This document shows positions 16,071-33,929 of a stretch of DNA of 64,000 nt, piece after piece. The DNA is from Octopus vulgaris (Eukaryota). The DNA is taken from NCBI GenBank assembly GCA_951406725.2, contig OX597842.1:13268001-13332000 (forward strand), read 5' to 3'. Positions within the stretch are counted from its first letter, which is position 1. Each line of letters begins with the position of its first letter. The translations under genes and the position numbers were made by a program. Below the pieces are notes generated by a model. That model was not told the DNA's origin. It searched no databases and was given only the letters and a program-made list of their open reading frames with translations.

Positions 16071-17626
16071 GCACAACAGCTTCCACAAGGACATGTGTTA
16101 CATCAAAAATTCTTGGTTGGGGATGCAAATCCTCTCGTTCCCGTACGACATAATGCGGCAGCAGCATAGAATTGAAGCGTCCATCTCTTTCTTCTCTCAA
16201 TGTAGAATGAGGAAACTTGGATGTTGAGGTAATGTAAATAAATAAATACGTATATAGAGGTGAAGATGGAGGGGCGAGAGCTCGGGACGAGGGATAAAAA
16301 ATATATATAAAAAATGTAAGTATAGAATAATATAAAAATGTAGAGGATAAAGATATAAAGAGTTGTAATGAGATGTAAAGGGGGTATAAAGAGATATAAA
16401 TAAATATAAATAAATGTAAAGGCATAAGGTTGTAAAGTAAAAATAGAAATGGAAATAATAGTAAAAGAAGTAAAAGAACCTGATAAAAACATGATAAGAG
16501 TGTAAAAGAATGTAAAGATAAGGGAAGTATAGAGGTCACGGACCAAGCATGGTGGTCAGGAGATTGATAAAACTTAGTTGTAGAACTGTCAGTAAATCAA
16601 CAGTTTCGTTGTAAATCAGAGCTGATGAGAGTTTAATCTGGTTCCTTGAATTAAATGGACTTCTAGTACATACATATCATCATGGATACATACACCCACA
16701 TACACGCGTACATACACGTCTCCAAGCCTATAAGCATACACACGCACGCGCGTGTAAACACGTACATAAACACACACGCACCCACACGCACACGCGCACA
16801 CACACATACATACAACAGAATATCCGCATATATAGACGGACATTACGCGCGTACACGCTCCCATGTATATACGCGCGCCCCTCACTACATACACACACGT
16901 ATATGCCCACGCCTCTAGGTCTAGGTATAAGATATTAAAGGATGTGTATAAGAACGTATGTAAAGAATCCCGTACTCATGTTAATACGCGCACGCACACA
17001 CGGCTGTGTGTCCGTATGTGCGTGCACATATACACCCATATACACACACAGAGACACACGCGCACATGGGTATAGCCATAAGATATCGTAGTATGCATGT
17101 ACATATACGGGCGTGCATATGTATGTATGCATATACACACGTACGCGGACGCTCGCATACTCAAAAGGTGGATCCATAGGTAAGTAAATAAACATATATA
17201 GAGGTGTAAAGCGATAAATTAGGGGTAAGAATGAGGGTAAGGGTAAAGATTAGAAATAAAAAATACAGTATAAAATAAGAAATACAATGTAATAGTTAGA
17301 AATGAAATATAAGAATTGTAAGGGTTATAAGAGTTAAGGTAAGGGATGAAAATGAAAATGAGAATAAATGGGAGTAGAATAAAAGTAAAAATAAAATTAA
17401 AAATAAAAATAAATGGAAGTAGGATAAAAGTCAAAATAAAAATAAAAATAAAAATAAAATAAAATAAGATAAAATAAAAAAATAAGGTAAAAATATAATT
17501 TTGTAAAGTTTAACATGAGATGTGGCACACATATATATATATATGTATATGTACACATATATATGTGCACATACATACGCACACACATACACACCCGCAC
17601 ATACACACGCACATATAGGAAAGCGG

Positions 17627-17704
<78 letters not shown>

Positions 17705-17715
17705 AAATATATATA

Positions 17716-20476
<2,761 letters not shown>

Positions 20477-20484
20477 TATGACAG

Positions 20485-20690
20485 GCTTCTTGTTGTTGTT
20501 TTTAGAATTGTGTGAGACCATCTGCGGGACCATATTTTTACAGATACGGCTCAAAGTGACCTTTGCGGGTAGCCAGCTTCTGGACTCTTTCGAGATGATG
20601 TATGTCTTTGAGGAGATAAGAAGAAGAGGCTTGAATCCCGTACTCCAATATTGGTCTCACCATAGTAAATATAAATGTTAAAATGAGATA
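20485..20690 (-). mobile_element. CR1-type LINE RT C-terminal fragment
   Basis: MVRPILEYG...KDIHHLERVQKLATR. Confidence 0.65.
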
Positions 20691-20896
20691 CTCTTTTATT
20701 CCTTTACTTGCTTCAGTCATTTGACTGCGGCTATGCTGGAGCACCGCCTTTAGAGGAGAAAATCGACCCCAGGACTTATTCTTCGTAAGCCTAGTACTTA
20801 TTCTATCGGTCTCTTTTGCCGAACCGCTAAGTTACAGGGACGTAAACACACCAGCATCGGTTGTCAAGCGATGTTGGGGGGACAAACACACACACA

Positions 20897-20962
<66 letters not shown>

Positions 20963-21162
20963 CATACATATATACGACTAGGTTGCTGGTGTAGAGAATG
21001 GGGAAAGCTTGGTTTGCAATGTTTGCAGTCGTGTATGCTTGTCAAGAGCAGGGCTCATTAACCACCAACGGAGCCGCAAATGCAAAATATAAGTTAGTCC
21101 TAGAGCGCACAATGTTCCTGAAGGTCAGCAATGGTCTTCCTCGGTCACGAGTGGACGGCCGT

Positions 21163-21210
<48 letters not shown>

Positions 21211-21401
21211 TTTTTTTTTTATTTTTTTTTTATGTATTAGACATTCACTAGTACAACACCAAAAAAAACAAAAAAAAATAATAACCCCCCCCCCCCCCCA
21301 AAAAAAATATATGGCACAGAACTTCCAACCTGTTGTCTCTTGAGGTCTCTGGGTGAGACTTGGAGCCAACTTGTACAGACATAAAGCAAAAGTCAGACAT
21401 A

Positions 21402-21467
<66 letters not shown>

Positions 21468-21759
21468 TAATAATAATAATAAAGGGTAAAATTAATTAAT
21501 CAATTAATAATTAATAATTTTACCAAGTAGTTCGGTATGTTAAAAGAACCATTATCGATAATCTTATACAAACATTCCATAATTATAAGCATAATTATAA
21601 GTAGAGTTCTACAAAATTTGCTTCACCACATACCGAAATTTAGAAATAGCAGTTAAAATACTATTCCACTACTATAAGATAACTCCCAGCCAGCAATACT
21701 GTGGTGAAGCGAATTTTGCTGAACCCTAATTATAATTATGCCTCTAATTATAGAATTTT

Positions 21760-21791
<32 letters not shown>

Positions 21792-22395
21792 TACAATCTA
21801 AATGAAATATTCTTAACTAAGTTCCCAGTAATTGCCCTAGAATGATTATTGAATTTGCTAATATTCTTAAGATTGGTCGATGGTTTATGATATATATACT
21901 CACAGCTCTTTATATATCTATAAATAACAACTGCGTTTAACTCCATTTATATATATATATATATATATTGCATGCAGTGAGATACATACATACATAAACG
22001 AAATTTTGTTTCTATTTTGTTTCCGTCTACCAAATCCACTCACAAGGCTTTGGTCGGCCCGAGGCTATAGTAGAGGACACTTGCCCAAAGTGCCACGCAG
22101 TGAGACTGAACTCGGAACCATATGGTTGGTAAGCAAGCTACTTACCACACAACCACTCCTGCGCCTATATACGTACATACATGCATACATGCATACATAC
22201 ATACATACATACACACATACATATATACATACATATATACATGCATATATATATATGTTAGAAGTATTGGGGGTGATGTAAAGATTTAATACATATGAAA
22301 GAAAATATATATATATATTTATGTATACATATATATAATATATATCATATTATCTTTTATTGAGTATATATCATATCATATATCCATATATATCG

Positions 22396-22445
<50 letters not shown>

Positions 22446-22660
22446 GATAGAAAAAAAGTTGGTTTGTATAAAGCACATAAAAAGAAAGTGTGAATATATA
22501 ACGACAGATAGGCTTAAATGTTGAAAAATATATATATTTGTATAAATGTTAAAAAAATATATATAGCTTTGCAATATGTCTGAAGAATATTAGAACATTT
22601 TTTAAACAAATTTTTTTTTTTCCTTTATACATATATACACATACATATACATATACATAT

Positions 22661-22740
<80 letters not shown>

Positions 22741-22741
22741 T

Positions 22742-23168
22742 TAATTTATTATATAGAAGGAGCTTCTACAGGACTAGAACTGTTTCATTCATTGAGAAAT
22801 CTTTCAGGAAGCTAGTTAACAAGAATTGTATTGGCATTATACATTTAGCAGGTTTATAGGGGTGGGTGGTGGGGGAACTTTTATATGGGGGTAGGCATAG
22901 CGCAAAAAAATCATACTTGGGGGAGTGGTCAAGGAGTCAGTGGTAAATTAGATAGAAGAATAAATAAAAAGAATAAAAAAAAGGGAATAAAAAAATATAT
23001 AGAAGAATAGAGTTTATATATATATATACAATTCTACTATATACCTATACACATATGTATATATATACACACACACACACACACATATACATACACACAT
23101 ACATACACACACACCCATATATATATAAATATATATATACACACACACATATACATACATATATCTAC

Positions 23169-23205
<37 letters not shown>

Positions 23206-23396
23206 CACATATACATGCATATACATATACACACACACATGTATATATACACACACACGACCACACATACACATACACATGCGTACCCATATATACATAC
23301 ACACACATACACATACACACATACACACACAAATCCACATACACACATGCACACACAACACACAAGTCCCTATATACTCATATATACATATACACA

Positions 23397-23434
<38 letters not shown>

Positions 23435-23720
23435 CATACATATGTGTACCTATTCATACCACTCTCCTTGACCACTCCCCCAAGTATGATTTTTTTGCGG
23501 TATGCCTACCCCCAAAAAGTCCCCCACCACCACCCCTTTAAACCTGCCTAAATGTATAAATGCCAATACAATTCTTGTTAACTAGCTTCATGATGATTTC
23601 TCTTGAATGAAACAGTTCTAGTCCTGTAGAAGCTCCTTCTATATAATAAATTATTTTTACTCTGCTATGTATTGAGTACCTTATTTACTGTGGTTAACCC
23701 CGAATCGATCCGGGACCTAC
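22742..23720 (+). mobile_element. Second, shorter copy of the ORF-less inverted-pLTR element
   Basis: Same arms and terminus as 17852-20423, around a CA/TA body. Confidence 0.75.
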
Positions 23721-23890
23721 ATATATATATATATATATATATATATAGTTGGGTACAAAAAATTCAGGGTGAATACTTGATAATTGTAAGCACCTGTATA
23801 TGCCATTTAGTAGTGTAGGTGATAGAGTATATTTATCAAAATAAAAACATGATGCAAAGACCGCTAAATCTTTGCATCATGTTTTTATTT

Positions 23891-23976
<86 letters not shown>

Positions 23977-24231
23977 GGTGACTTTTGTTGCCACAGCATA
24001 GCAGTTCTATATAGAAATGTGTTATTACATATTAACCTTAGGAAAACGTCTTTTCCAGTTGGTTAACGACACGCAACCTATGTCCGATATATTGTGAGTA
24101 AGAAAATGAATCATTCCCTTCCTGCATGGCAAGACAAATAGCCCGTGGTTTCTGGGTCGTTACTCGTCATCGTTACTGGACACCTACCTGCTAGAAATGG
24201 TAGCCAGAGCTGTGAGTATATATATATGTTT

Positions 24232-24287
<56 letters not shown>

Positions 24288-24408
24288 ACGGCTCTTTCTA
24301 TATCACTCCAAATCTCTTCGACGTTAGTCAATCTGTTGTTTCTGCTAAATATCAATAAAGATTTTGAGGTCTATTCTTCCTCATCGCATCCCCATAAGCA
24401 CACTCACA

Positions 24409-24469
<61 letters not shown>

Positions 24470-24480
24470 TTAGAAGGACT

Positions 24481-24565
24481 ACAGAACTGTTTCATTCAAA
24501 TGAAATCATCAGGAAGCTTCCTGATGATATCATTTGAATGAAACAGTTCTAGTCCTGTAGAAGCT
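24481..24565. ncRNA. Back-to-back hammerhead pair (plus copy 24515-24565 intact, minus copy damaged)
   Basis: Palindrome centred on GAAGCTTC: ...tcatcaggaagcttcctgatga.... Confidence 0.72.
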
Positions 24566-24647
24566 CCTTCTATAAAATAAATTAATTTACTCTGCTATGT
24601 ATTGAGTACCTTATTTACTGTGGTTAACCCCGACTCAACCCGGGACC

Positions 24648-24686
<39 letters not shown>

Positions 24687-24760
24687 ATATACGTATATAT
24701 ATATATAGATAGATATATACATATACATATATGTATATATACATATATACATATATATGT

Positions 24761-24806
<46 letters not shown>

Positions 24807-24821
24807 GTATGTATATGTATG

Positions 24822-24869
<48 letters not shown>

Positions 24870-24956
24870 ATACATATATATATACATCTATATATATATA
24901 TATACATGTATATATATACATTTACATATATATATATACATGTATATATATACATT

Positions 24957-24998
<42 letters not shown>

Positions 24999-24999
24999 C

Positions 25000-25067
<68 letters not shown>

Positions 25068-25139
25068 CTTTAAATCCTTAAAAATGTTTTAGCCCGAAGG
25101 CCGCGGCCATGCTGAGGCACCACCGCTGTATATATATAC

Positions 25140-25243
<104 letters not shown>

Positions 25244-25254
25244 ATAATAATATA

Positions 25255-25398
25255 TTACCAACCACACGGTTCCGGGTTCAGCCCACTGCGTGGCACCTTG
25301 GGCAAGTGTCTTCCACTATAGCCTCGGGCCGACCAAAGCCTTGTGGGTGGATGATTTGGTAGACGGAAACTGAAAGAAGCCCGTCGTATATACGTATG

Positions 25399-25484
<86 letters not shown>

Positions 25485-25700
25485 AGTGTGTATAAGTTTG
25501 TGTGACTGCGTTGGTTCCCCCAACATTGCTTGGCAACCTATGCTGGTGTGTTTACGTCCCCGTCACTTAGCGGTTCGGCAAGAGAGACCGATAGAATAAG
25601 TACTAGGCTTACAAAGAATAAGTCTTGGGGTCAATTTGCTCGACTAAAGGCGGTGCTGCAGCATGGCCTCAGTCAAATTACTGAAACACCTAAAAGAAAA
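25255..25700 (+). mobile_element. SINE family C (5'-clipped)
   Basis: Same body and tail as 3001-3426; further copies or fragments at 15480, 20690, 22017, 33198, 33581, 35263 and 45370. Confidence 0.8.
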
Positions 25701-26234
25701 AAGAAAAAGTCATTCGACCCTTGGGTCTTGTAGGGTGTGCTAGAGGGAACTAAATCTCACTGGAACACGTACAGTCAACCCCGAACAGCACACGTGACCA
25801 ATGGCTTAACAGCCATCTTCATTAACCCTTGAATATTGCGAGGGAAAATGAGAAACTGTGATGTGTCCCAGGTTATCCACGCCACCCAAGACCCTTACAG
25901 ATGAAACGTACTTGAGTTGAACAGAGAGGCCATATCACAAACCGACCCAGATTATTTTAAGCGTCGTGCTAATTCCATCGGTATCCTTTTGCCACACCGC
26001 TAAGTTACGAGGACGTAAACACACCAACAAGCTTCATTCAGTTTCCGTCTGCCAAATCCTCTCAAAAGGCTTTGGTCGGGTCGAGGCTATAAAAGAAAAC
26101 ACTTGCCCAAGGGGCCACGCAGTAGGACTGAACCCGGAACCATGTGGTTGGGAAGCAAGCTTCATAGCACATAATCACGCATGCGCCTACACAACACACA
26201 CAGATATGTATGGCGGTATTATATTTATGTTAAG

Positions 26235-26616
26235 GAAGCACTCCGTCCGTTACGACGACGAGGGTTCCGGTTGATCCGAATCAACGGAACAGCCTGCTCG
26301 TGAAATTAACATGTAAGTGGCTGAGCACTCCACATACACGTGTACCCTTAACGTAGTTCTCAGGGATATTCAGCGTGACACAGAGAGTGACAAGGCCGGT
26401 CCTTTGAAATACAGGTACAACAGAAACAGGAAGTAAGAGTGAGAGAAAGTTGTGGTGCAAGAGTACAGCAGGGATCACCACCATCCCCTGCCGGAGCCTC
26501 GTGGAGCTTTAGGTGTTTTCGTTCAATAAACACTCACAACGCCCGGTCTGGGAATCGAAACCGCGATCCTATGACCGCGAGTCCGCTGCTCTAACCACTG
26601 GGCCATTGCGCCTCCA
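26235..26616 (-). mobile_element. SINE family B with a different 3' tail
   Basis: Head as at 1525; sequence diverges after the shared core. Confidence 0.75.
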
Positions 26617-27016
26617 CTATACTTATGTAGTATACATGCAAACACATACAGGTTACGCGCCAGTAATGGAGTTTCTTGCTTTGACCCAAATCTGTTCATT
26701 TTGTCACGTCATCCATGACAAACCAGTGTAGGTTTCTATTTGAAGACTACTATGTCTTCGTAAACAAACCCACACATACGCACACAGACACACACGGATA
26801 CATTTACACAGACGCACGTGCAAGTACACACATGTACATACACGCATATGAGTACATTTACATAGACGCACTGACTGACACACATATATGTACATATTAG
26901 AATTAAAGAGGATTCTGTCGTCTAAGACAACACGAGAATATATAAAGTAAACTACAAATATAAATATACATGCATACATACATACACACAGACACACACA
27001 CGCACATATATATATA

Positions 27017-27091
<75 letters not shown>

Positions 27092-27109
27092 TTATATATG
27101 TATACATAC

Positions 27110-27248
<139 letters not shown>

Positions 27249-27520
27249 AATGTCGTGAGCTGTCAGGAGTAAACATTATCTGAGAGAAATTTTCTTTAAG
27301 TAGTAGAAATAGCTAAAAAATTTTTTTGGCTGCTATTTCTACTAAGTTCAGTATGTGGCAAAGTAATTTATTTTACTAAGCCCTAATTATATAATGTAAT
27401 ATTTTGAATTCGCCTTAAATGGTCCTTTACATACTGAACACTTGGTGAAATTGATTAATTAATTAATTTTACCCTCAATTGTTGATATATACATATATAT
27501 ATATATATGTATATATTTAA

Positions 27521-27587
27521 ATCACCTGAAGAATGACTGTAACTCGAAATTTTAAGAATTGGACAGCCATGAAACTATCGTAGTGTT
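27521..27587 (+). ncRNA. Type I hammerhead-like motif with short stems I and III
   Basis: cac-CTGAAGA-atgactgt...acagccat-GAAA-ctatcg-TA-gtg. Confidence 0.5.
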
Positions 27588-27813
27588 ATATTAATTATAT
27601 TTTTTTAATAATTTTGTTATATATTTAAATAATATAAATTAAATAATCTTATGTATTGGCTTAAGTTTTTCATTGTATGATTTGCCTAACAGTGGTTTTA
27701 TCTCTAATTTAATATAATATAATATTTTACTATAAGATTGGATTCAATCCTAAATCTGATTTTTCCCTGTAAGTTTGGATTTATTCCCTAATATTTATTA
27801 TTATATATATATG

Positions 27814-27868
<55 letters not shown>

Positions 27869-27919
27869 ATGTGTGTATATATATATATGTATGTGTATAT
27901 ATATATATGTATATGTATA

Positions 27920-27986
<67 letters not shown>

Positions 27987-28069
27987 GTGTGTGTGTATGT
28001 GTGTATATATATATGTATGTGTATATATATATATGTATATGTATATATATGTATATGTATATATATATA

Positions 28070-28716
28070 TGGAAACAGGAAACACCAACCACAGAGTGTC
28101 AAAAAATGACACGCCCACTGCCACAGTCGAAGAAGGCAAGCAGGGCAAACAACAGATAGGCGGCGATGGGGAAACAGAAAATAACCACCCGGATGAAAAG
28201 ACCTATGCAGAAAGGAACCAGTGGACAACCGTCCAACGGAGGAAGAAAAAACAGAGAGGAACTGGGGACAAGAAAACCCAGATAACATGCAAATTCTTCC
28301 GGAATGGAACCTGCTGGCATGGAGAAACAGGGGAAGGATGCAGGTTCGCTCATCCCAGGCCCTATGGAAATTGCATCAAACCCACTCGACCAAAATGCCT
28401 TAACCAAAACCAGAACAAATACAAGCTGCCCCAGAAATATGCAGACATAGTGCGTAATGCCCCAACAAGGAGAAGGCGCACATTTGCAGAGGAAATGCAG
28501 ACGGCGGCAGCAGAACAAAGAAATTTTGTGGAAATGGCAGAGAAAATTGTGGGACAACTGGCCTGGATACATCGTCTTCAGAGCCAGGGGCACTCACAAC
28601 AGCACTCAAGACCACCACAATCAAGGGACCCAGGGTGGCCACCGCTGACGCCGGCCCAGGTGCCACACCGTCAGCCTTTATTGACACCCCGGGTGTCTCA
28701 CCAGTGCTTCTGCTGA
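28070..28716 (+). CDS. LINE ORF1 C-terminal part with a CCCH zinc finger
   Basis: [22 protein letters not shown]; WTTV..RKKK motif; the N-terminus given in the ORF track is microsatellite. Confidence 0.7.
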
Positions 28717-31657
28717 ATGTCAGAGGTCTGGTGAAACCCACTAATATGGGTAAAATTCCTTACCTTAGGGACTTGAGCACAAGCAACCATGCAATATGCA
28801 TAGCGCTGACTGAAACGCACCTGTCAAGCAGTATAGCAGATGCAGAAATACACATACCGAAGTATACTGTTTTTCGGTCGGACAGGAAGGAAAGAACTCA
28901 TGGTGGGGTTGCCCTGTACGTCCGTGAAGATGTCACACCCATAGTACTGTTGACACACTCAAACTCAGTCTGTGACACACTGATAGTACACATGAAACAA
29001 CCGAAAATAGTAATATGTGTCACATATCGGCCACCAGACACCCCTAGTCATGAAGGAGTGTTTGAAGATAGCCTCAGAAGAATAGAAGAAGTCCTGGACA
29101 AACTGGACCAGGGTAACACCATTCTACTGCTGGGAGATTTTAACCTTCCGAAAGTCAAATGGCCAGATGGCCATCTCCTCCCTGGAATGACATCACTTGA
29201 ACAGAGACAGACAGAGTCCTTGTTGGCTCTCACACGCAAGTTTTTCATGGAGCAAGCAGTGCTTTGGCCAACAAGAGGTGAGAATGTCTTGGACCTCTGT
29301 TTCACAAGCAACCCGATGCTCATCCACAACATAATGGTAACACCAACAATTCTCTCAGATCACAACTTAGTAGAGGTAATGATATATGGTATGAGAGAGT
29401 TAGTTGAGACGCAGCCATTAGAAAATACCACAGGCCTATCCAGTCTAAACTTCCATAAGGCAAACTGGAAGAAGATCAACGAAGAGATCCGAAAACATGA
29501 CTGGAGTGACTTCATCACCACACAAGACACCAACACACATTTCCAACATTTCATGACAACAATACAGAACATATGCCATAAGTTTGTCCCGGAGAAAAAA
29601 GCCAGCGGGCATAGGAACGTTATTCCCAGAGACAGGAAAATACTTATGAGGCGAAGAGCTAAGCTCTCGAAGCAACTGAATGCACGGCAGAGAAACAATG
29701 AGGGACTCCACCTGAAACTTTTTGAAACGGAAACTGCACTCAAACTTTCCTATGAGAAGGAGAGGGCAGAGAGAGAAGCCAGGGCCATAGAGAATATTAA
29801 AACAAACCCTAAAGCCTTCTTTAAATTTGCGAAAGAAACCACCTCGGTACACTGCAAGATTGGCCCACTCTTTGATAAAAAGGGCTCTCTAACTGAGGAC
29901 CCCCAAGGGATAAGTGAAATACTAAAGGAACAGTATAAAAGTGTGTTCACATCCCCTCTGGGGCACATGCAAATCACAAACCCAGAAGTTTTCTTTGATG
30001 CCACAACACTCCAAAACCAAACAACAACCATCGACCACATAGACATAACAGAGAGGGATGTAATACCTGCCATAGAAGAAATGAGAATAAACTCAGCTGC
30101 TGGACCAGATGGATTCCCAGCAGTCCTCCTAAAACATGCAGGCATGCCCTAGCGGGACCACTGAAGAAGCTCTTCAGTGGTTCCTTGGCTAACGGTAAAC
30201 TGCCCAGGGCGCTAAAAGAAGGCACCATATGCCCTATCCACAAAGGAGGGAGTAGAGCAGAGGCCAAAAACTACAGGCCAGTCTCCCTGACGTCACACAT
30301 AAGTAAGGTCATGGAACGAATCATCAGAAAAAAACTGATCACGTTCCTCGAAGAAACTAACCGTCTCACTGACACACAGCATGGCTTTCGCCCAGGAAGA
30401 AGCTGCCTTACGCAGCTGTTACAACACTACGACTGGGTACTGAAACAACTACTGGATCGCTCACAGGTGGATGTGGTATATCTCGACTTTGCGAAGGCCT
30501 TTGACAAAGTCGACCACGGAGTGATATGTCACAAATTACTCAGACTCGGCATAACAGGAAAAGTAAGTGAGTGGATACATGACTTCCTGAAGGACAGAAG
30601 CCAGATGGTTGCAGCCAATGGAGCCCTCTCGGGAAAGACACCAATAGCAAGCGGGGTGCCACAGGGCACAGTCTTGGGACCCTTGCTGTTTTTGGTGGCG
30701 CTCTCTGACATGCCCTTGGTAGCACAAACAACATCCCTCACTAGCTATGCTGATGACACAAAGGTAGCACAGGCAATCAAAAACCCAGCTGATGCTGACC
30801 TTTTACAACAAGATCTGGATGCCATATACAAATGGGCTGAAGACAACAACATGCAATTTAATGCTGGTAAATTTCAAGCCTTACAATATCAAGCTGTAAA
30901 CACATATACATTACAACACAACTATACTGGTCCAGGAGGGATCGAAATCCCAGTATCGAAATCAATACGGGACCTGGGGATAGACATGAGTGACGATGCA
31001 TCTTTTTCTTCACACATCGCGAAGGTGGCGACAATGTGCAGACGACTCACTGGCTGGATCCTGAGGACATTCCGGACAAGAGACTGCGAGACCATGTTGA
31101 CACTATGGAGGACATTTGTCCTAAGCCGCCTGGACTACTGCTCCCAACTGTGGTCACCGCATAGTGTCAAACTAACCACAGAGCTTGAGACAATCCAAAG
31201 ACATTTCACCAAGAGGATTTCCACCATGAAAGAAAAGAACTATTGGGAGAGGCTTAGGGAACTCAATTTGTACTCCTTGGAACGAAGACGAGAGAGATAT
31301 GCAGTGATATACATATGGAAAATCCTGGAGGGACTAGCACCAAATTTTGGAATTGAGAGCTGTTCCAATCCCCGTACAGGACGTCACTGTGTGGTGCCAA
31401 AGGTCCCGTCTTCCACATCCAGGGTAAGGAGCAGATACTGTAATAGCCTGGGGTTCAGGGGCCCTCAGCTTTTCAACAAACTGCCAAGAAAACTAAGAGA
31501 TCTACATGATGCGGATGTGGACATTTTCAAAAAACATCTAGACAAGCTGCTTTCCGGGATCCCAGATGAACCCACTGCAAGGTACGAAGGTAACCTAAGG
31601 GCAGCAGCTACAAACTCTCTCTTAGATCAGTGGCCAGCCACGGCAAACTGGACTTAG
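28635..31657 (+). pseudogene. LINE ORF2 (APE endonuclease + reverse transcriptase) broken by one 1-bp deletion at ~30131-30134
   Basis: NVRGL, LTETHL, GGVALYV, GDFN, SDH; NYRPVSLTS, QHGFR, LDFAKAFD, GVPQG, YADD. Adding one A joins the two ORFs as LLKTCRHALAGPLKKLF. Confidence 0.9.
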
Positions 31658-31731
31658 AGAGGGTAGCAACAAGGGCGGTGCCCCAGCATGGCCTCAGCCG
31701 GATGGCTGAAACAAGTAAAAGAGTAAAAGAG

Positions 31732-31764
<33 letters not shown>

Positions 31765-31860
31765 ATATGTATATGTCTATATATATATAAAAATTAAAAA
31801 TTGTATAATACAGCAGCATTTTCGAACTTCATTTTTTACAAATACATACATATATATATG

Positions 31861-31940
<80 letters not shown>

Positions 31941-32154
31941 AATGTATATATATACATGTATATATATATAAATGTATATATATATGTATATATATATATA
32001 CGTATATATGTATATATATAGAGATTTACATACATATACATATATATATATATATATATGTGTATACATATATATGTATATATGTATATATATATATATG
32101 TATATGTATATATCTATCTATATATATATATATATAAAACATATGTACATATAT

Positions 32155-32221
<67 letters not shown>

Positions 32222-32303
32222 GGTCCCGGGTTGAGTCGGGGTTAACCACAGTAAATAAGGTACTCAATACATAGCAGAGTAAATTAATTTATTTTATAGA
32301 AGG

Positions 32304-32400
32304 AGCTTCTACAGACTAGAACTGTTTCATTCAAATGAAATCATCAGGAAGCTTCCTGATGAATTCATTTGAATGAAACAGTTCTAGTCCTGTAGAAGCT
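32304..32400. ncRNA. Back-to-back hammerhead pair (minus 32304-32353, plus 32350-32400)
   Basis: Both halves show agcttc-CTGATGA...GAAAcag...(c)tgTA-gaagct; the two share the central GAAGCTTC. Confidence 0.75.
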
Positions 32401-32415
32401 CCTTCTATAAAATAA

Positions 32416-32455
<40 letters not shown>

Positions 32456-32471
32456 ATACATACATATATAT

Positions 32472-32526
<55 letters not shown>

Positions 32527-32647
32527 TGTGAGTGTGCTTATGGGGATGCGATGAGGAAGAATAGACCTCAAAATCTTTATTGATATTTAGCAGAAACAAC
32601 AGATTGACTAAGGTCGAAGAGATATGGAGTGATATAGAAAGAGTCGT

Positions 32648-32733
<86 letters not shown>

Positions 32734-32975
32734 TCACAGCTCTGGCTACCATTTCTAGCAGGTAGGTGTCCAGTAACGATGACGAGTAACGACCCAGAAA
32801 CCACGGGCTATTTGTCTTGCCATGCAGGAAGGGAATGATTCATTTTCTTACTCACAATATATCGGTATTAGGTTGCGTGTCGTTAACCAACTGGAAAAGA
32901 CGTTTTCCTAAGGTTAATATGTAATAACACATTTCTATATAGAACTGCTATGCTGTGGCAACAAAAGTTACCGTT

Positions 32976-33082
<107 letters not shown>

Positions 33083-33421
33083 GTATATATGTGTGTGTGT
33101 GTGTGTATGTATATATATATCTATATATATACACGATATATATGGATATACGATATGATATATACGCAATAAAATCTAATATAATATATATTATATATAC
33201 TCTTTTAACTCTTTTACTTGTTTCAGTCATTTGACTGCGGCCATGCTGGAGCACCGCCTTTAATCGAACAACTCGACCCCGGGACTTATTATTTGTAAGC
33301 CCAGTACTTATTCTATCGGTCTCATTTTGCCGAACGGCTAAGTGACGGGGACATAAACACACCAGCATAGGGGGACAAACACAGACACAAACATACACGC
33401 ACATACATGCGCCTATATATG

Positions 33422-33502
<81 letters not shown>

Positions 33503-33929
33503 TTCATATGTATTAAATCTGTACATCACCCCCAATACTTCTAACATATATATGTATATATGTATGTATGTATATATATAGGCGCAGGAGTGGTTGTGTG
33601 GTAAGCAGCTTGTTTACCAACCACATGGTTCCGGGTTCAGTCCCACTGCGGGGCACTTTGGGCAAGTGTCCTCTACTATAGCCTCGGGCCGACCAAAGCC
33701 TTGTGAGTGGATTTGGTAAACGGAAACTGAAAGAAGCCTGTCGTATATATGTATATGTATATGTGTATGTGTGTGTGTGTGTGTGTTTGTGTGTCAGTGT
33801 TGCCCCCCCCCCCATCATCGCTTGACAACCGATACTGGTGTGTTTACGTCCCCGTAACTTAGCGGTTTGGCAAAATACACCGATAGAATAAGTACTAGTG
33901 TAACTATCTTTGAAAGACATCGATCTACC

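Larger units (their letters stand above)
28070..31732 (+). mobile_element. CR1-group LINE, 5'-truncated within ORF1, otherwise near intact, inserted in (TA)n
   Basis: ORF1 remnant, EN-RT ORF2, short 3' UTR and (gtaaaaga)n tail. Confidence 0.93.

Noticed and set aside
15974-16227. Plus-strand ORF loosely resembling a GIY-YIG C-terminus
   Set aside because: No GIY or YIG motifs, and the hammerhead shows the element is oriented on the minus strand.
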